Of a stretch of 64,000 nucleotides of DNA, positions 35,961-51,242 are shown one piece after another. The notes beneath the pieces were generated by a model. It did not search any database. It was not told the DNA's origin and saw only the letters and a program-made list of their open reading frames with translations. The translations under genes were made by a program, and so were the position numbers. The stretch's first letter is position 1, and every line of letters begins with the position of its first letter. The stretch is from Eledone cirrhosa (Eukaryota): contig OZ024745.1 of NCBI GenBank assembly GCA_964016885.1, positions 25,792,001 through 25,856,000 on the forward strand. Direction: 5' to 3'.

Positions 35961-36226
35961 AATATGGTTTTATAAATATAGTTTTCCATTTATTTAATAT
36001 TGCAAATATACTCCAAATACTTGTCGAGTGCTTTTATATCAGTTATAAATATTTACTAGTTGTAACCCAACAATTTTAAATATAACTTTACATATATATA
36101 TATATATATTTTTTTTTTTATTATATATTAATATATACATATATAATACCCTTAACATATGAGTTATATATATTTATATATATATATGAATGAATGAGGT
36201 ATAAAAGTATATGCATAAACATAAAT

Positions 36227-36265
<39 letters not shown>

Positions 36266-36547
36266 GAAAAATATATATATATATATAAACACACACATTC
36301 ATATCTCATTCATATATACGCATTCATTATATAAATATATATATAAATATAGAAAGATTTGAATGGATACAGTTTAGTTGAAAGGAATTTATTGACACGT
36401 GTTTCTATAACAGTTACATAACCTAAAACAGCTATCTACAAACTTTTAGTTATGCAGACATTCAATATTTCAATGTTATTGTTTAAATATATATATATAT
36501 AAATATATATATATATAAATATATATAGCATATCTGTATATATATAT

Positions 36548-36586
<39 letters not shown>

Positions 36587-37119
36587 CATGCGCTTGGTGT
36601 GAATCATGCATTTATAATGCGACACGCCCAGGGAGAGTGGGGGGAAGAGGAGGTAGAGAGGAGAAAGCTAGAAAGGAGACGGAGAGAGAGGAATAGAGAT
36701 AGTGGGAGGGATAAATATACAAGATAACAAACAAGCGATGGAGTTATGGTAGTGGAGAGAAAGGAGGAGGAGGTGGAGCAGGAGGAGGAGGTAAAATAAC
36801 TGAGTTGAGAAATAAAGAAGCATAGAGAGGAGGTGGTGAGAGGAATAGGAAGAGGAGGAAGAAGTGAAGTGGTGATGGAGTAGGAGGAGAAAGATAAACG
36901 TAATGGGGGGATGAAAAAGAAGGAAAAAATAGGGAGGAAGTGGAAGAAAGGAAACAGAATGAATAGAGGATGATGGCGACGGTGGGGGATGTTGACGAAA
37001 TAAGTGGAAGCGGCGGAGCAGGAAGAGGAAAGTTGTAATGAGAAGGTAAAAAAAATGTGCGTATATATATATATGTATGTTTTAGTATGTATATATAGTT
37101 TTATTTGTGTACGCTGTGC

Positions 37120-37156
<37 letters not shown>

Positions 37157-37251
37157 GAGAGAGAGAGATATGTATGCATTTATGTATGTGCGTATATATG
37201 TATGTTTTAGTATGTATATATAGTATTATTTGTATGTGTGTACGCCTGTGC

Positions 37252-37292
<41 letters not shown>

Positions 37293-37580
37293 AGCATTTA
37301 TGTATGTGCGTATATATGTATGTTTTAGTATGTATATATAGTTTTATTTGTGTGTACGTGTGTACGCCTGTGCATCTATCTATCTATCTATATATATGCA
37401 TTTATGTATGTGCGTATGAACATTTTAGTATATATGTATATATAGAATTATCTGTACGTATGTACGTACGCTTGTGTATATATATTTATATGTATTTAAA
37501 TATACATTTATATATGTATATATATGTATGCTTTAGAATGTGTATATAGAATTATTTGTATGTACGTATGTACTCTTGTG

Positions 37581-37619
<39 letters not shown>

Positions 37620-37624
37620 GTGTT

Positions 37625-37663
<39 letters not shown>

Positions 37664-37708
37664 GTGTTTATATATATATATATATAATGTGTGTGTGTGT
37701 GTTTGTAC

Positions 37709-37743
<35 letters not shown>

Positions 37744-38069
37744 CGTATGTGTATGGTATTTTTTAGTTTAGTATGTGTAGGTGGGTGACAATATATGTGG
37801 TGGTGGTGGTGGTGGAGGAGACGGAGGCGGAGGGAGGGAGGAGGAGAAGAAAGAGGAATAAGGAGAAGAAGAGGAGGCGGAGTGGGAGGAGGAGATGGAC
37901 GTGGTGGTGGAGCTGTAAGAGTATGAGTATGTATGTATCGGGAAAAGCTGCAGTTGAAGTTTGAGGAGTAGGAGTGGGAGGAATAAGAGAAGGCAAGCAA
38001 AAGGAGAAAGAAGCGGCAGTTGGCAGATAGACAGAAATTATAAGCAAAAGGCAAGAGACATATTTTTAC

Positions 38070-38099
38070 GTTTCATTCAAGCTAACATACACAAGATTT
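38070..38099 (-). CDS. Candidate 30-nt microexon (NLVYVSLNE)
   Basis: ctctgtcttctcAG acceptor, weak GTAAAA donor. Confidence 0.22.
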
Positions 38100-38464
38100 C
38101 TGAGAAGACAGAGTGTGGGGCAACTAAACTATATACAGTTTTGTTGGGCTACCATTATTTCAACTTTCTCTCCGCCTCTCTCTCTCTTTTTCTCTCTCTC
38201 TTTCTTTCTACCCAACCCCCCCCCCCCTTTTTTTCTACCTAACTCTCTCTCTCTCTCTCTCTTTCTCTACTTTTTCTCAATCTTTGTAAACTTTTAACAC
38301 ACCCGCACTATCACAAATTATAACACACACACACACACACGTAATATATGCATGTATGTTTTTACGTATGTATTTAGATATGTGTGTATGAATGCATACA
38401 TACATACACACACACATTATATATATATATATATATTGTATATATATATATATATTCAGAAACG

Positions 38465-38530
<66 letters not shown>

Positions 38531-38914
38531 AGGGTGTTCTCAAAAAATGTATACACACTTTGATTACCTGTACAGGCAATATTCATTAGAATGCTGTTGA
38601 AGTATGTACATATTATATATATTATATATATATATTATATATATATATTATATATATATATATAATCCATGTATGTATTATTGTATGTTCGTAGTATGTA
38701 CGTATGTATTCATGTATGTATGTATGCATGTATGTTTTTATGTATGTATGTAATGTATGCTGTATGTATATATTGACGTTGACTTATAAGATTATAAATA
38801 GTAACAAATATTTACTTATAGTCGTGTGGGTGGAGGTTACTGGTGGAAGAGTCGAATTTATATAAAATTTGACTGGGATTCGAAATATGCCACCGTAGAC
38901 GAAACTATCAGATG

Positions 38915-38953
<39 letters not shown>

Positions 38954-39153
38954 GTTTTATTAAGGTCGAGTCAGTAGCCTGTTACTACAATTCCACAATG
39001 TCACCAGACCTCTTGTTTGACCGTCAATATTGGACACACACACATTATACGTCTTTCTATCATTATCCTCTTTTAGTCTTACTTTGCACCCCCCCCCCCC
39101 TTGTATTTACTATTCATAATGATTATACCATTGGACATGATGATGTTGGTTGG

Positions 39154-39208
<55 letters not shown>

Positions 39209-39351
39209 CACACACATATATACGCGGCGCCAAGCGGTTTCGGTCGGGATTGTACCTCTCTCTCTCTATACCCACTCTACATCTCCACATGCGTTGAGTA
39301 CTCCCATTGTTTGTGTCTCCTCGGTCTCAGCACCGCAGACTCTCTCTCTCT

Positions 39352-39399
<48 letters not shown>

Positions 39400-39484
39400 C
39401 GAGGGTGTGTGTTCATTGCCGCTTCTCTCTCTCATATATATATACGCACACACACCGAGGCTGGGTGTGTGTGTTTATTGTCAC

Positions 39485-39617
<133 letters not shown>

Positions 39618-39647
39618 GACTGGGTGTGTGTGTTTGTCACTTCTCTG

Positions 39648-39713
<66 letters not shown>

Positions 39714-40449
39714 AAGGCTGGGTGTGTGTGTGTTTATTGTCACTCAGCCACACTCTCTCTGTCGCCGTCTTTCTCTGAATTATTTTCTTAACACGTAGTG
39801 TGTATATTTGTTTGAGGGGGTGTGTTGTGTGTCAACTATAAAACATCACGGAAACAGAATGAAACATTTTTTAATTTATCTCTCTATCTATCTTTTCATC
39901 CCTCCCTCCCCCTCTCTCTCTAGCTATCTATCCTTCTGTCTGTCTGTCTGTCTGTCTATCTATGATATTTTCATTTGTTGTTACTGTTGTTGCTATTCAA
40001 CTCTTTACTTCTGACCCCCCCCCCCCCCCCTGCCACTTCAACTTCTGCCCCTCTCTATTCCTCTTCTGACCCCCCACACTTCTACTCCTACCTCTCTATA
40101 TTCCTCTATACCCCCCCCATTTTATCTCCCACCTCTCTATATTCCTCTATATCCCCCTCCCCCGCTTCAACTCCTACCCCTCTCTATTCCTCTTCTGACC
40201 GCCCCCACTTCAACACCCACCCCTCTATTTTCCTCTATACCCACCCACCCGCTTCAACTCCTACCCCTCTATACCCCCCCCATCTCTAGTCCTCGTGACT
40301 ATGTGGGTGTGTACCCTGAGCCACTTTCAGACGCTCCACAACAAACCTACTTTCAGGCTGGCCTCCATTCCTTCTTTTCTTCTTCTTCTTCTTCTTCAAT
40401 TCATTGGATCTGACACAGGAAGTTATTTCCTTTCAGTTGTTCTTACATA

Positions 40450-41018
40450 ATCACCACCACCACCACCACCACCACCATCACTGCCGCCATCATCACCACC
40501 ACCATCACTGCCGCCATCACCACCACCACCACCACCACCACCACCACCACTGCCGCCATCACCACCACCACCACCACCATCACTGCCGCCATCATCACCA
40601 CCACCACCACCACCACCATCACTGCCGCCATCATCACCACCACCATCACTGCCGCCATCATCACCACCACCATCACTGTCGCCATCACCACCACCATCAT
40701 CACCACCATCATCATCATCCCCAACACCACCACCACCATCACCACCATCCCCATCGCCACCACCATCACCGCCGCTATCACTACCTCCATCATTATCACC
40801 ACCATCATCACTGCCGCCGCCACCACCACCACTGCCGCCATCAACACCATCATCATCACCATCCCCAACAACAAACACCACCACCGCCGCCATCGCCACC
40901 ACCGTCACCGCCGCCATCGCCACCACCGTCACCGCCGCCATCGCCACCACCGTCACCGCCGCCATCGCCACCACCATCACCGCCGCCATCGCCACCACCA
41001 TCACCTCCACCACCACCA
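40450..41018. repeat. (CAC/CAT/CGC)n trinucleotide array
   Basis: Direct reading; source of the poly-His and poly-Pro pseudo-ORFs. Confidence 0.95.
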
Positions 41019-41144
41019 TTATTTGTTTTGATGACTATTACAATTGCTATTGATATATGTACAGTTGTCCCCTTTCTTGTACTCGATGTTGTTGTTTTTG
41101 TTATTACATTGTCCCTAATGTCTGAGGGCAATAAAAAAAATTGT

Positions 41145-41530
41145 TGGATTGACAATCGGTAGAGCGTCGGGCAATGTGCTTAGCAGCACATAGTTACGGC
41201 TCTTTATGTTCTGAGTTCAAATCCTGCCGAGGTTAGCTTTACCTTTCATCCTTACGGGATCGATAAAATAAAGTACCAGTAATGGCGCTGGGTAATTGCT
41301 GACCTTGTGCCAAAAGTAGAAACAATTATTTCTTCCTCAGTATTGATAGAGCGTTGGACAACATGCTTTGCAGCATAGAATCACCTCCCTTTACGTTCTG
41401 AGTTCAAATCCCGCCGAGGTTAACTTTGCCTTTCATCCTTATTGGGTTGATAAAATAAAAGTACCAGTATTGACTTCCCCTCCCCCCAAACATTGTTGAC
41501 CTCGTGCGTAAATCAGAAACTATTATTTCT
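41145..41530 (+). mobile_element. Two tandem family-A SINEs
   Basis: Two B boxes (~41213, ~41400), each followed by the central domain. Confidence 0.85.
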
Positions 41531-41675
41531 TCCGTCTACTACTTCACATCAAATACCTGGAGTAGGTGGTGGAACAGAAGTGACAGAAAAGTATGCTGAT
41601 TACAGGTGACGGTTAAAGTTATCTAACTTTAAGTCAAGCTCTTTTTAATCTCTTCTTTTAATCACACATGCTATA

Positions 41676-41892
41676 CAGTCATACTGGGAGGGTGCTGAAC
41701 TCCGTCATACTGGGGAGGGGGTTAAACTCCCTGTCATGCTGTGGGTGTGTGTTGAATTCCCTGTCATACTGGGTGGAGCGGGGGTGTTGAACTCCCTGTC
41801 ATACTAGGGGTGTTGAATTCCTTGTCATACTGGGGTGGTGGGGTGAACTCCCTGTCATACTGGGGGGGGGGGGGTGTTGAACTCCCTGTCAT
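41676..41892 (+). repeat. ~28-bp G-rich minisatellite, about 7 units
   Basis: Unit ctccctgtcatactgg(g)ntgttgaa. Confidence 0.85.
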
Positions 41893-41967
41893 AATAACTG
41901 TTTCTGTTCAGATAAGAATGTATAATATAATTCAGCTGCTCCGAACACAATTCAATATACACACACA

Positions 41968-42142
41968 TACGAGGGCCGGCTGTAAATTTCATAGGCTGCC
42001 TATGAAGGAGTGATGCTAGAGCTGTGATATTCTTACATACATTAATTTCAACTCTTCTTATTAATAACTGCATTATTTCTTTCCAGACACTATGTTGAAA
42101 AATAAACCTCATTTGGTAATTCCATGAGAGTATCTTGGTCAG
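41968..42142 (-). mobile_element. Tc1/mariner MITE (family of 4536), truncated
   Basis: tacgagggccggctg TIR; interior is the reverse complement of 4560-4735. Confidence 0.8.
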
Positions 42143-42347
42143 GAATTCTTACTTGAACCTATAAGTAGTAATATTAAGATAACTGATATCTATTCTCAGG
42201 CAATGGGAATATACTATTCATAATAGACTCAGTGACAACACTTTATGCATTCACATGCACGAAGTATCTCAACATTCATTCATTACGAAAAAATATGAGT
42301 TCACGCCCATTTTTCCGAGCTATTGTTACAATAGATTAACACACGCA

Positions 42348-42652
<305 letters not shown>

Positions 42653-43080
42653 TAACTAAAAAGCTCTGTAGCCTACATAGAGCACTCTCTTTTCATTTAC
42701 CTTTCCTACGGAAATACTTCATTTATATATAGAGAGAGAGATGGCTTCTACATGACTAGATCTGTTTCAGAAGAAATCATCAGGAAAGGCTTTCCTGACG
42801 ATTTCTTTTGAATGAAGCAGTTCTAGTCCTGTAGAAGCCATTTCTATATTAAACATGATGTGTGTGTTTATTCACATTTTAAGAAACGGTAGTGCCATTA
42901 GAGCATAAGAAAAACATGTTTACGTCATTGTTCTAGCTCTCTGCTTTCTGAATAACTCCATCCGAAGTTAACTGGGCATTTCTCCTTTATGAGCCTTAAA
43001 GAAATGTATTACCAGTGAATGGAAGTGACCCTGCAGAACTAGTACAGCATTAGAAGAAATGCCTTGTGCTTTTCTCTCAC

Positions 43081-43184
43081 CTTTTTGCATCCCAAATACA
43101 ACCTATTGACATCTTTCATGACATGTAACCTCTTAGAGAATAGCTTCACCCCTCTCTATTTTCCCTCCAACCGTCTCGGAGGCC
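43081..43184 (-). CDS. Candidate exon with a possible start (MSIGCIWDAK from 43112)
   Basis: ttattttAG acceptor and strong aag|GTGAGA donor. Confidence 0.3.
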
Positions 43185-44768
43185 CTAAAATAATCATAGG
43201 CCCTTCCCATTCCTCCCTGATTGAACAGTACATATACAATAAACAATAGAAACACCTTGTAAGTATTTGTAATGCTAAATGCACAATTATAAAACATGCG
43301 GTGGTTTAGGCGAATGAGCAAATAGAAAATAAAAATAAATCATCAGTTCCGAGTAGATAAAATCAATAGCATGTATTGAGTTCTTTTTCTTCTGTTTGTA
43401 CACACAGAGACGTCTGATATATAGATATGTACATTCAAAACGTCTATAAGGTGGTGGGTTGGCAAGGTCGTTAGAACGTCGGAATGTATGTCCTCCAGTA
43501 TATGTTCTACTTCTCTCTGAGTTCGAATCCTGTCGAGGTTAACTTCACTTTTCATCCTTTCTGGGTCGATGAAGTATTAGTACTCGAGGTGATTCTTCTT
43601 CACCCGCTTTTTTACTCTTTCTCTCTTTTTAGGAGAAACGGGGGGTGGGGTGGGGGTGATCAAACCTTGAGAAAAATACCCTCTCCCATCAAATTAAATG
43701 CCCAAATCATGTCGCACATCACGATGGTCCTTCTATGATTCCATAAGTGTGAGTGTGTATATGTGTGTTTTCGAAGGGGTTGATGGCAAAATAGTTAGAC
43801 GTTCTACAAAATAACTTAGAGTACTATTTGTCCATTTTACATTCTAAATTCAAATTCCAAAGATCTTATATTCAGAGTTGGATTTAGACCTTGGTGGGGG
43901 ACTCCAGGTTTGGTGTGCCCCCCCCCCCCCCCCCCCGCCTTCATATACAAACAAATTAGAATATACAGTAAACGCCCCAATTTTATATATCAAAGTTAGC
44001 TTGGCGCAAGTAATTGGGAATGAAAAGTTATACATACAGGTATTAAATTCAAAAATTCTAACCATCCTAAAACTAAATTGCTAATGCCGTCGCTGGTGTT
44101 CCTTCTCCCACTGCAAGGAGCCCGGGGCAATTGGTCCCTATGCCCCCCCCCTCCATTAAATCCGGCCCTTCTTATATTCACATTTCTCCCGGCAGAAGAC
44201 AAAAAAGATGAACTAGTAACAAACCAGGTGCTTGAGTAGTTCTAAGTTCTTACAACCTCGTTCTGGCGACGTCTGCTACGACACGGGTGCCAACAAACTG
44301 TATCAACTCTTTCCTTTTCCTTAGACAACATTAGCAGAATTGTGGCCAGAGAAACACTGCATGGGTAATTGTTGATCTTCCAAACAATTTTATCAAACAA
44401 TCCTCTAAAGAGGACACTCTATATGACCTCTTTAGAGGATAAATATTAAAGCAATACTTTCCAGGTGCAGATCCATGGACGTCCGGGACATACGGATGAC
44501 AAACATCTGTTTAAGTGTGTGTGTGGGGGTGGGTGTGTGGGTGAATATATGTGTATTCGTTTCTGCATATGACCTCGCTTCACATTAGCACTACTTGTGT
44601 AGCTGTGTGAGTGTATGTGTGTGTATGTATGAGTATATGTGTACATAAATACAGGAGCTTCCCGCTGTAAAGCATTGCCTCAATAGACCCTGTCCAACCC
44701 ATGCCAGTATCGAAAACTTAACATAAAAAGGATGTTTGGCTACAAATATACTGTATCAATCTCCGAAA

Positions 44769-44925
44769 GTTGGCTGAAAAGTTCACAGGCTGACTAAGAT
44801 ACTCTCATGGAATGACCAAATGTGGTCAGTTATTAATATGAAGAGTTGAAATGAATGCATACAAGATTTCACAGTTCTAGCATCAATCATAACCAACCTA
44901 TGAACTTTTCAAGACGACCCTCGTA
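44769..44925 (+). mobile_element. Tc1/mariner MITE (family of 4536), internally deleted
   Basis: Ends with tgaacttttcaagacgaccctcgta. Confidence 0.8.
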
Positions 44926-46338
44926 TTATTACTATTAGAACAAGACTGACTCCTTCAAATCAAGATTAGGGACACTTAGGGATTACATTCCTTTAGGGAT
45001 CTTTCTTTGGTGCCGTATGTTTGGTCGTTCAAATTAAGTTTGACACCGTTTTCAGTAAGCTTTGCAATATTCTACTATTTAAGACTGTGATGTACTTTTT
45101 GTCTAAACACTTTTAATATATGTACATATATGTATATATACGTATGTATACATGTATGTTTTGTGTGGGGCCTTAGAAAACTCCTGCTTTATATCTGGTA
45201 TTTTCTTAGATTTAAGAGTGAGGCACCATTTAGCTTCCTTTAACTCTTAATATCCTGTACCACACCAAACTGCATTAGCAACCCATTCTTGTGCAACTCT
45301 GACTGTATCATATTAAAAATTAAAGTCCGTGCTTTAGTTTACTGCAAATTATCACAATGATCTGTCTACTAGTAAAGATACTATAAACATTTGAATTAAC
45401 ATCTTTTTAGTTATTTTCTGCCAAATAATTACAGTATATTAAGAGTTAAAACTTGGTTCTAAGAGAAGTTTAATCTGATACAAGGTTAATTGTGGAGAAA
45501 ATGAGCTGGGGGTATTTTAGGTATCTTCAGCACCGGCTGATGATAATGATGCTGCTGCCACACTTATTGTTCTTAGATAGATATCTTGCCTTGTTTTGTC
45601 TCTGCTTCTTGACAGCCCTCATGTGGTGAGGATCTATCAAATATTATGTAAGCCTTAATTTTATAACTCTGTATAAACATTGATCAATCTTCCTTCAGCC
45701 TGTTAGACACAAATGGATAGCTATTACACACGCACACTCATAGTTGCTGTGAGTCACGGGTTCAATCGGGGATAACCAGAGTAAGGTACTCAATACATTA
45801 GTAGAGTGCATACAGCAAATGAAACAGTTCTAGTCTTGTAGAAGCCACTTCTATTTTAAAGTTGTTATATATATATATATATATATGAATGATCGTTGGC
45901 TGAAGAAATGTCACGAAGTCTCAGTGGAAGGAAGTTGCAGCAGAGAGTTTGAGGATGACCCGGGTGGAAGATGAGAGAACTGATCTCAAGTCACTGAAGC
46001 TCATAGAGGAGATGATAAATGATAACGACTGCAGGGATACAGTAGGGGAAAGGATCCGTCCAACCCACGCAAGCATGAAAAAGCAGTTGTAAAAGTATGT
46101 ACAAGTGTCTTTCGGGTTAACCAGTGCCTCGAAGGTGTAAATTTAGTAGACGGAAACTGTGCGGCCAGTTGGCTGTATGTGCACAAGTATAGATGTGTGG
46201 GAGTGTGTACAAGTCTGTTGATTAAGTCCTGTAACTAGCGGTTCGACAAAAAGTGAACGATAAAATAAGTACCAGACCTTGTGTCAGTAGGATCGACTAA
46301 ATACGTTGTGTGTGTGTGTCTCTCTCTCTCTCTTTCTC

Positions 46339-46407
<69 letters not shown>

Positions 46408-46549
46408 TGGTTGCAGCCATATCAGAACACCGCCTTAAGTGGATTTGGTCGATATAATAAAAAAATTATTTTAATGGAATTAAGTTATTCCTGTAGCTCG
46501 TAAATAAATATTACTAATGCTTGTGGTTTATATATGGTGTGAACGTATT

Positions 46550-47056
46550 TACTTAATTAACCATGTTGATATGTAATCATCATCATCATCATTATTATAC
46601 GAACTTTTCTGGTCCCGAGCGTTTGAACTGTTTGTATGCAGAGCGTCGTCATAGTTTTGTCAATTCCATTTTAGTAGCCTGCCGAATAAACGGAACGATG
46701 AGAATTATTTCCCTTGAGTTCTAATTTTATCTTCGTTTGCCTCCCCTGCATCATCCACGCGCTGGTCGGTCACGGGACTGCAGCAAACTCGCCCACATCA
46801 CAATGCCGTTTGTAACTAAAGAGTCGACTGAAATTCCTTTTCTTCCAATCAAATTTCACATATTTCATGCTCCAACGCAAATATCAACATAGCTTATCCA
46901 TATATACTCGTTTTCACTGACTGGACATATTATAGGACTATTGAAAACAACGTAAAACAATATGCTCGTTGTTTTCTGTTTAGTTAGAACTATGACAAAC
47001 TGTTGAGGGCGGTGACGGCGATGACAGAAGCACGAGCTATTCAATGACAGGTAATG
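46550..47056. promoter_or_regulatory. CpG-rich unique island, candidate bidirectional promoter / first exons
   Basis: Many CpGs, no recognisable repeat; + donor cag|GTAATG at 47051, weaker - donor near 46552. Confidence 0.45.
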
Positions 47057-47407
47057 ACATTTCAGCTTTCATAGTTTCTCTTCAGTATTATTTTACGCAT
47101 TTGTCTTTACTATAAATTGATAAACATTTCTGATATTTGCATGTGTGTATGTATGTTTATATGTATATAAGTGTGTTTATATATATATATGTGTGTTTAT
47201 ATATATGTGGGTGTGTATGTATAATATATATATATATACGTATATGTATAATATATATACGTATATGTATATATGTATATGTGTATATGTATATATGTAT
47301 ATGTATTTGTATATATGTATATGTATTTGTATATATGTATATGTATTTGTATATATGTATATGTATTTGTATATATGTATATGTATATATGTATATATAT
47401 ATGTATT

Positions 47408-47449
<42 letters not shown>

Positions 47450-47906
47450 AGGTATATGTATATGTTCTATTCTTTATCTTTCAATCTGTTATAGCTGTTA
47501 TATTATTGTGCAATTAGAAAATAAATGAGAAAAGAAGTAAGAAAATAAGGCCTTTAGAAATACACCAGTGGTGGTGGTGGTGGTGGTGGTGGTGGCGGCG
47601 GCGGCGATGGTGGTGATGATGGTTGTGGTGATGATTGGGATGAAACTAAACAATAAGAAAATAACAAAAACATACCAAAAACAAAGAAAACGTAAGAAAG
47701 TGTGTGAAAAGAGTTAAGCCCCTTATGTTTAGAGTTTCCTGTTAGCCCAAACGTCACGTCGAAAAAGTTAGAGCCCCAATACAAGTTGGTCATGAATTTC
47801 AACTGGCCTCTTATCACCACAGTAAGATTGGATCGACACTGATCAGAATATTAATGAAAGAAAATGCTTCGTTAGAGTTATGTATATTTAAAATGGTTGC
47901 CATTTT

Positions 47907-47953
<47 letters not shown>

Positions 47954-47964
47954 TTATTGTAACT

Positions 47965-48095
47965 ATTATAATTTTCTACTTTTGGCACAATGCCAGCAAT
48001 TATCTCAGTGTATTACTGGTACTTTATTTTATCGACGTAAGGATGAAAGGCAAAATTAACCTTGGCGGGATTTGAACTCAGACCATAAAGGGCCA
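47965..48095 (-). mobile_element. tRNA-derived SINE, family A
   Basis: ctggtactttattttatcga..ggatgaaaggcaaa..tttgaactcag. Confidence 0.8.
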
Positions 48096-48451
48096 ATGCT
48101 ACCTAACAATTTATATAAATATCCACCCGCTACGTACGAAATGACGTTTCATATAAATAAATAAATAATCAACTATGTTCATATTTGATTATCTAGTCGT
48201 ACATATATTATTATTTTTTTTTAGCTATGCACTCAACTCGTATGACAGATTCTTAATCAATATCATTAGTTAACCACTTGAGATCTGAAGGTCATAAGCC
48301 ACATAAATATAGTAGTATTCATGTCCTACTTGAATTTGATCTTTTATATTTCCTCCAGTATAGTTATTTTCTGACCTATGACTAAAGATTTTATTTTATA
48401 GTTCCTGCTCGGGTAGTTTTCAATTTGTGTTTCGATTTTCTTTACTTACAG

Positions 48452-48496
48452 ATGGTCCGAGTTGTATTGAATGGACATAAATTATTTCTCGTTCAG
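48452..48496 (+). other. Candidate 45-nt internal exon (UTR or MVRVVLNGHKLFLVQ)
   Basis: tttctttacttacAG acceptor and consensus cag|GTGAGT donor. Confidence 0.45.
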
Positions 48497-51242
48497 GTGA
48501 GTATTTTTTATATTTAAAAAAAAATTCCTTTTGTTTTGAAGTTTTGTAGCATGTGGTGCTTTGAGCAATTAAAGCATTTAAATGGGTGTTAAAATTCCAA
48601 CAAGGCAAATATGATGGTGATCTTAACAATTGATGTGATGGTCTTAAGATTAGATTTCATTTCCATTTTAAACAACTGAAACATTAAGAAAATTTTACGT
48701 ATTTCATTGATTAAATGTGTATTTTCAAGTATATAGCTTTATATTAGCTACTATGTTAACAAGGACCTATATAACTGTAATATCAGAGCTTCCATAACAG
48801 TTTTGGGTTGGGTTGGCTTTCGTTTATATACTATCCATGTGTATTATTATTATTAGCTCACGTTTTTTCATCACCAATATGAGACCTAGAAAAAAATTAA
48901 AAACCTGATCATACTAATACTTACATATTTAGAGTCAATAGAAAATCAGTTTAGTAAAAACCAAGATCATTTAACAAGTTTCTACAATATTGGAGGAGAT
49001 TAAGCCCCTTAGCGCTGGAAGGCTTTAATATAATCACATTTTGAAAGATTAAATAAGTTTTAAATATTTGGCATCATTTAAAATAAATACATTTATTTCC
49101 TTGATCTGAACTTAGTCACTCAAGATGTTCTCTTTAGAACAATCTTAAAGTTGCCTGAAAATATTCTCCAAAGATGTAACTTGAGTAAATTACTTTTAGT
49201 CTATGGTAATTTCAATGAATTTGTATCTTCAAAGATGAAAATTTTACCTTTTATCATAACCAGTATTATTTCACAATATTGTAATAATAATTCAAAATAG
49301 CTGAGTCTTTTACTCTGTAACCCTTTCATTAGCATATCTCTAATGAAATATACTACCTATATGTTCCAAGTTCCAATTAATTTTAAAAATAAACAAACAT
49401 TTGAAGGAATTAAAAGAAATATAAATAGCTGATGTTTAGAATAGTTCTCAACGAAAATATCTAAAATGAATTTATGATGAAAGGATTTGATATAAGTATA
49501 AATATTTTTAAATGAGCAATTTAGTCTCATAAATCCAGAGTAGTTTCAGGTTGGTTAGAATCAAAAGCTGGTTGGTTAGTATCAAAAGCTGGTTGGTTAG
49601 TATCATTACAATTAATCGCCATGTTGTATAAATTTCTTCTTAAAATTTTTCTTTCACAAGGTCACCTAGTAAATCCACACTGTTCATATGGTGACTATGA
49701 CCTCTGGTAAAATTATTTAATCATAGAATGCTTTTATCTTTTTACTTTGTAATTGTCACATAACATTTCAACCATATTAAAATGTCACTCACAAATCAGC
49801 CTTCCAATATATATATCATTGGAGCAGTATGAAACCAAGGCTTGTAGCTTGTTTAACTGAGTGATTATTTAACTATATAGTCAGGAGATACTACAGATGG
49901 TATTTTAACTTTGCAAAGTAGCTGTGACTCTTAATTTTATAGTACAGGAAAATAATCTTTAGATGGGTTGATAATTTGCCTAGCTCTACTCAGCTGTGAC
50001 CAAGTAGATTAATAATAGCATAGAATCCAATCAAGATATATATATTGTACAAAACAGGTTTCTTATGCTGGGCTCATAAAACATATATGTTACTACACAG
50101 ATTAGATTAAGCCATGCTGTTTATATTGAGTTTAGTTGTTGAAAGGTTTGTGAATTTGAAACCATATATTTGACCTTAACACTCACTATAATAAGATATT
50201 TATAGTGAAACTATACATTTACCATCTACTTGCAAATAATATTCAGAATTGCCTAGCATTTATTCCTTAGGTAACTCATATTTGGACCTTAAAATGTATG
50301 TGGACAAGACAGGAATTTCTGTGGGTTGAATTTCTTGTGCTTATGGTGAGGCCACAGAAGGAATGAATGAAAAAGATATGAGCAAATTTTGATGACATAA
50401 AGAAGCTGCTTTAAAGATATGGGAGCTATGGAAATAGGATTAGAAGAGAATGTATATAGTGCATCAATAGGCTATTGTTTGTAGGGAATTTAGTATTTTA
50501 AACCTGTAGCATTTACATTACTCTATACTTGCTATTGTATTTTCACGGTAAGAGCTTTATCTCACATAAATATCCCACACAATATCGAATCTATGAGATT
50601 TTGATATTATTTATTTTGAGAACAATAACTTAACATAAGTACGAGCAGTCAATTAAGGCAGGTTTGAACAGAAAAAATGTAAGAGAATTCTGGCTGGATA
50701 CTACTGGTTTAAATGCTAAAAGGTTAAAACTTGTACCTCACTCATTCTTGTTATATTTCAATCCTGTGGTTATATGATCAGTTTTTGAAAAAGTTCACTT
50801 GAAGTAGAAGTAAACATTTTGTCTTAAGGTTTTGTTTCAGATTAATTTTAATTCAGGATTTATGTAATTTTTTATTTTTAGAAAAACGGGCTTAGGCATT
50901 TAAGAGCATAATTGATTACTGTTTATAACAAAAGTATTTTCTTCACTTCAAACAATCCAGATGTACTAGCTAATATCTTAAATCCATTATATTGCATTTT
51001 TTAGAAGTTTGCAGCCACATAGTTTTGAATTCAATTCTATTTACATAGCATTTTAGCTTCTGTTATAACCATGAGTTGACCAATAGTGATGGTAATGATG
51101 GTACTGGTGTTTACTTGTAGCTTCACACATTTAACACTATTTAAGCAAGAATTTGTTTATGCCCAGTATAAACAATATGCTTTGTCACTTAGTGATCCAG
51201 TGAAAATTAGTGGTATATACCAAATTTAAAGATAAGTACAAG

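Noticed and set aside
38840-38900. Hairpin ggtgg...gaaatatgccacc resembling a hammerhead
   Set aside because: The CTGA core and the NUH site are absent.
40404-41162. Poly-His/poly-Pro protein
   Set aside because: Trinucleotide repeat with no supporting unique coding context.
46553-46669. Minus-strand coding start MELT..YDDALHTNSS..DDDDDYISTWLI
   Set aside because: Needs a one-base frameshift; as assembled it stops after 6 codons.
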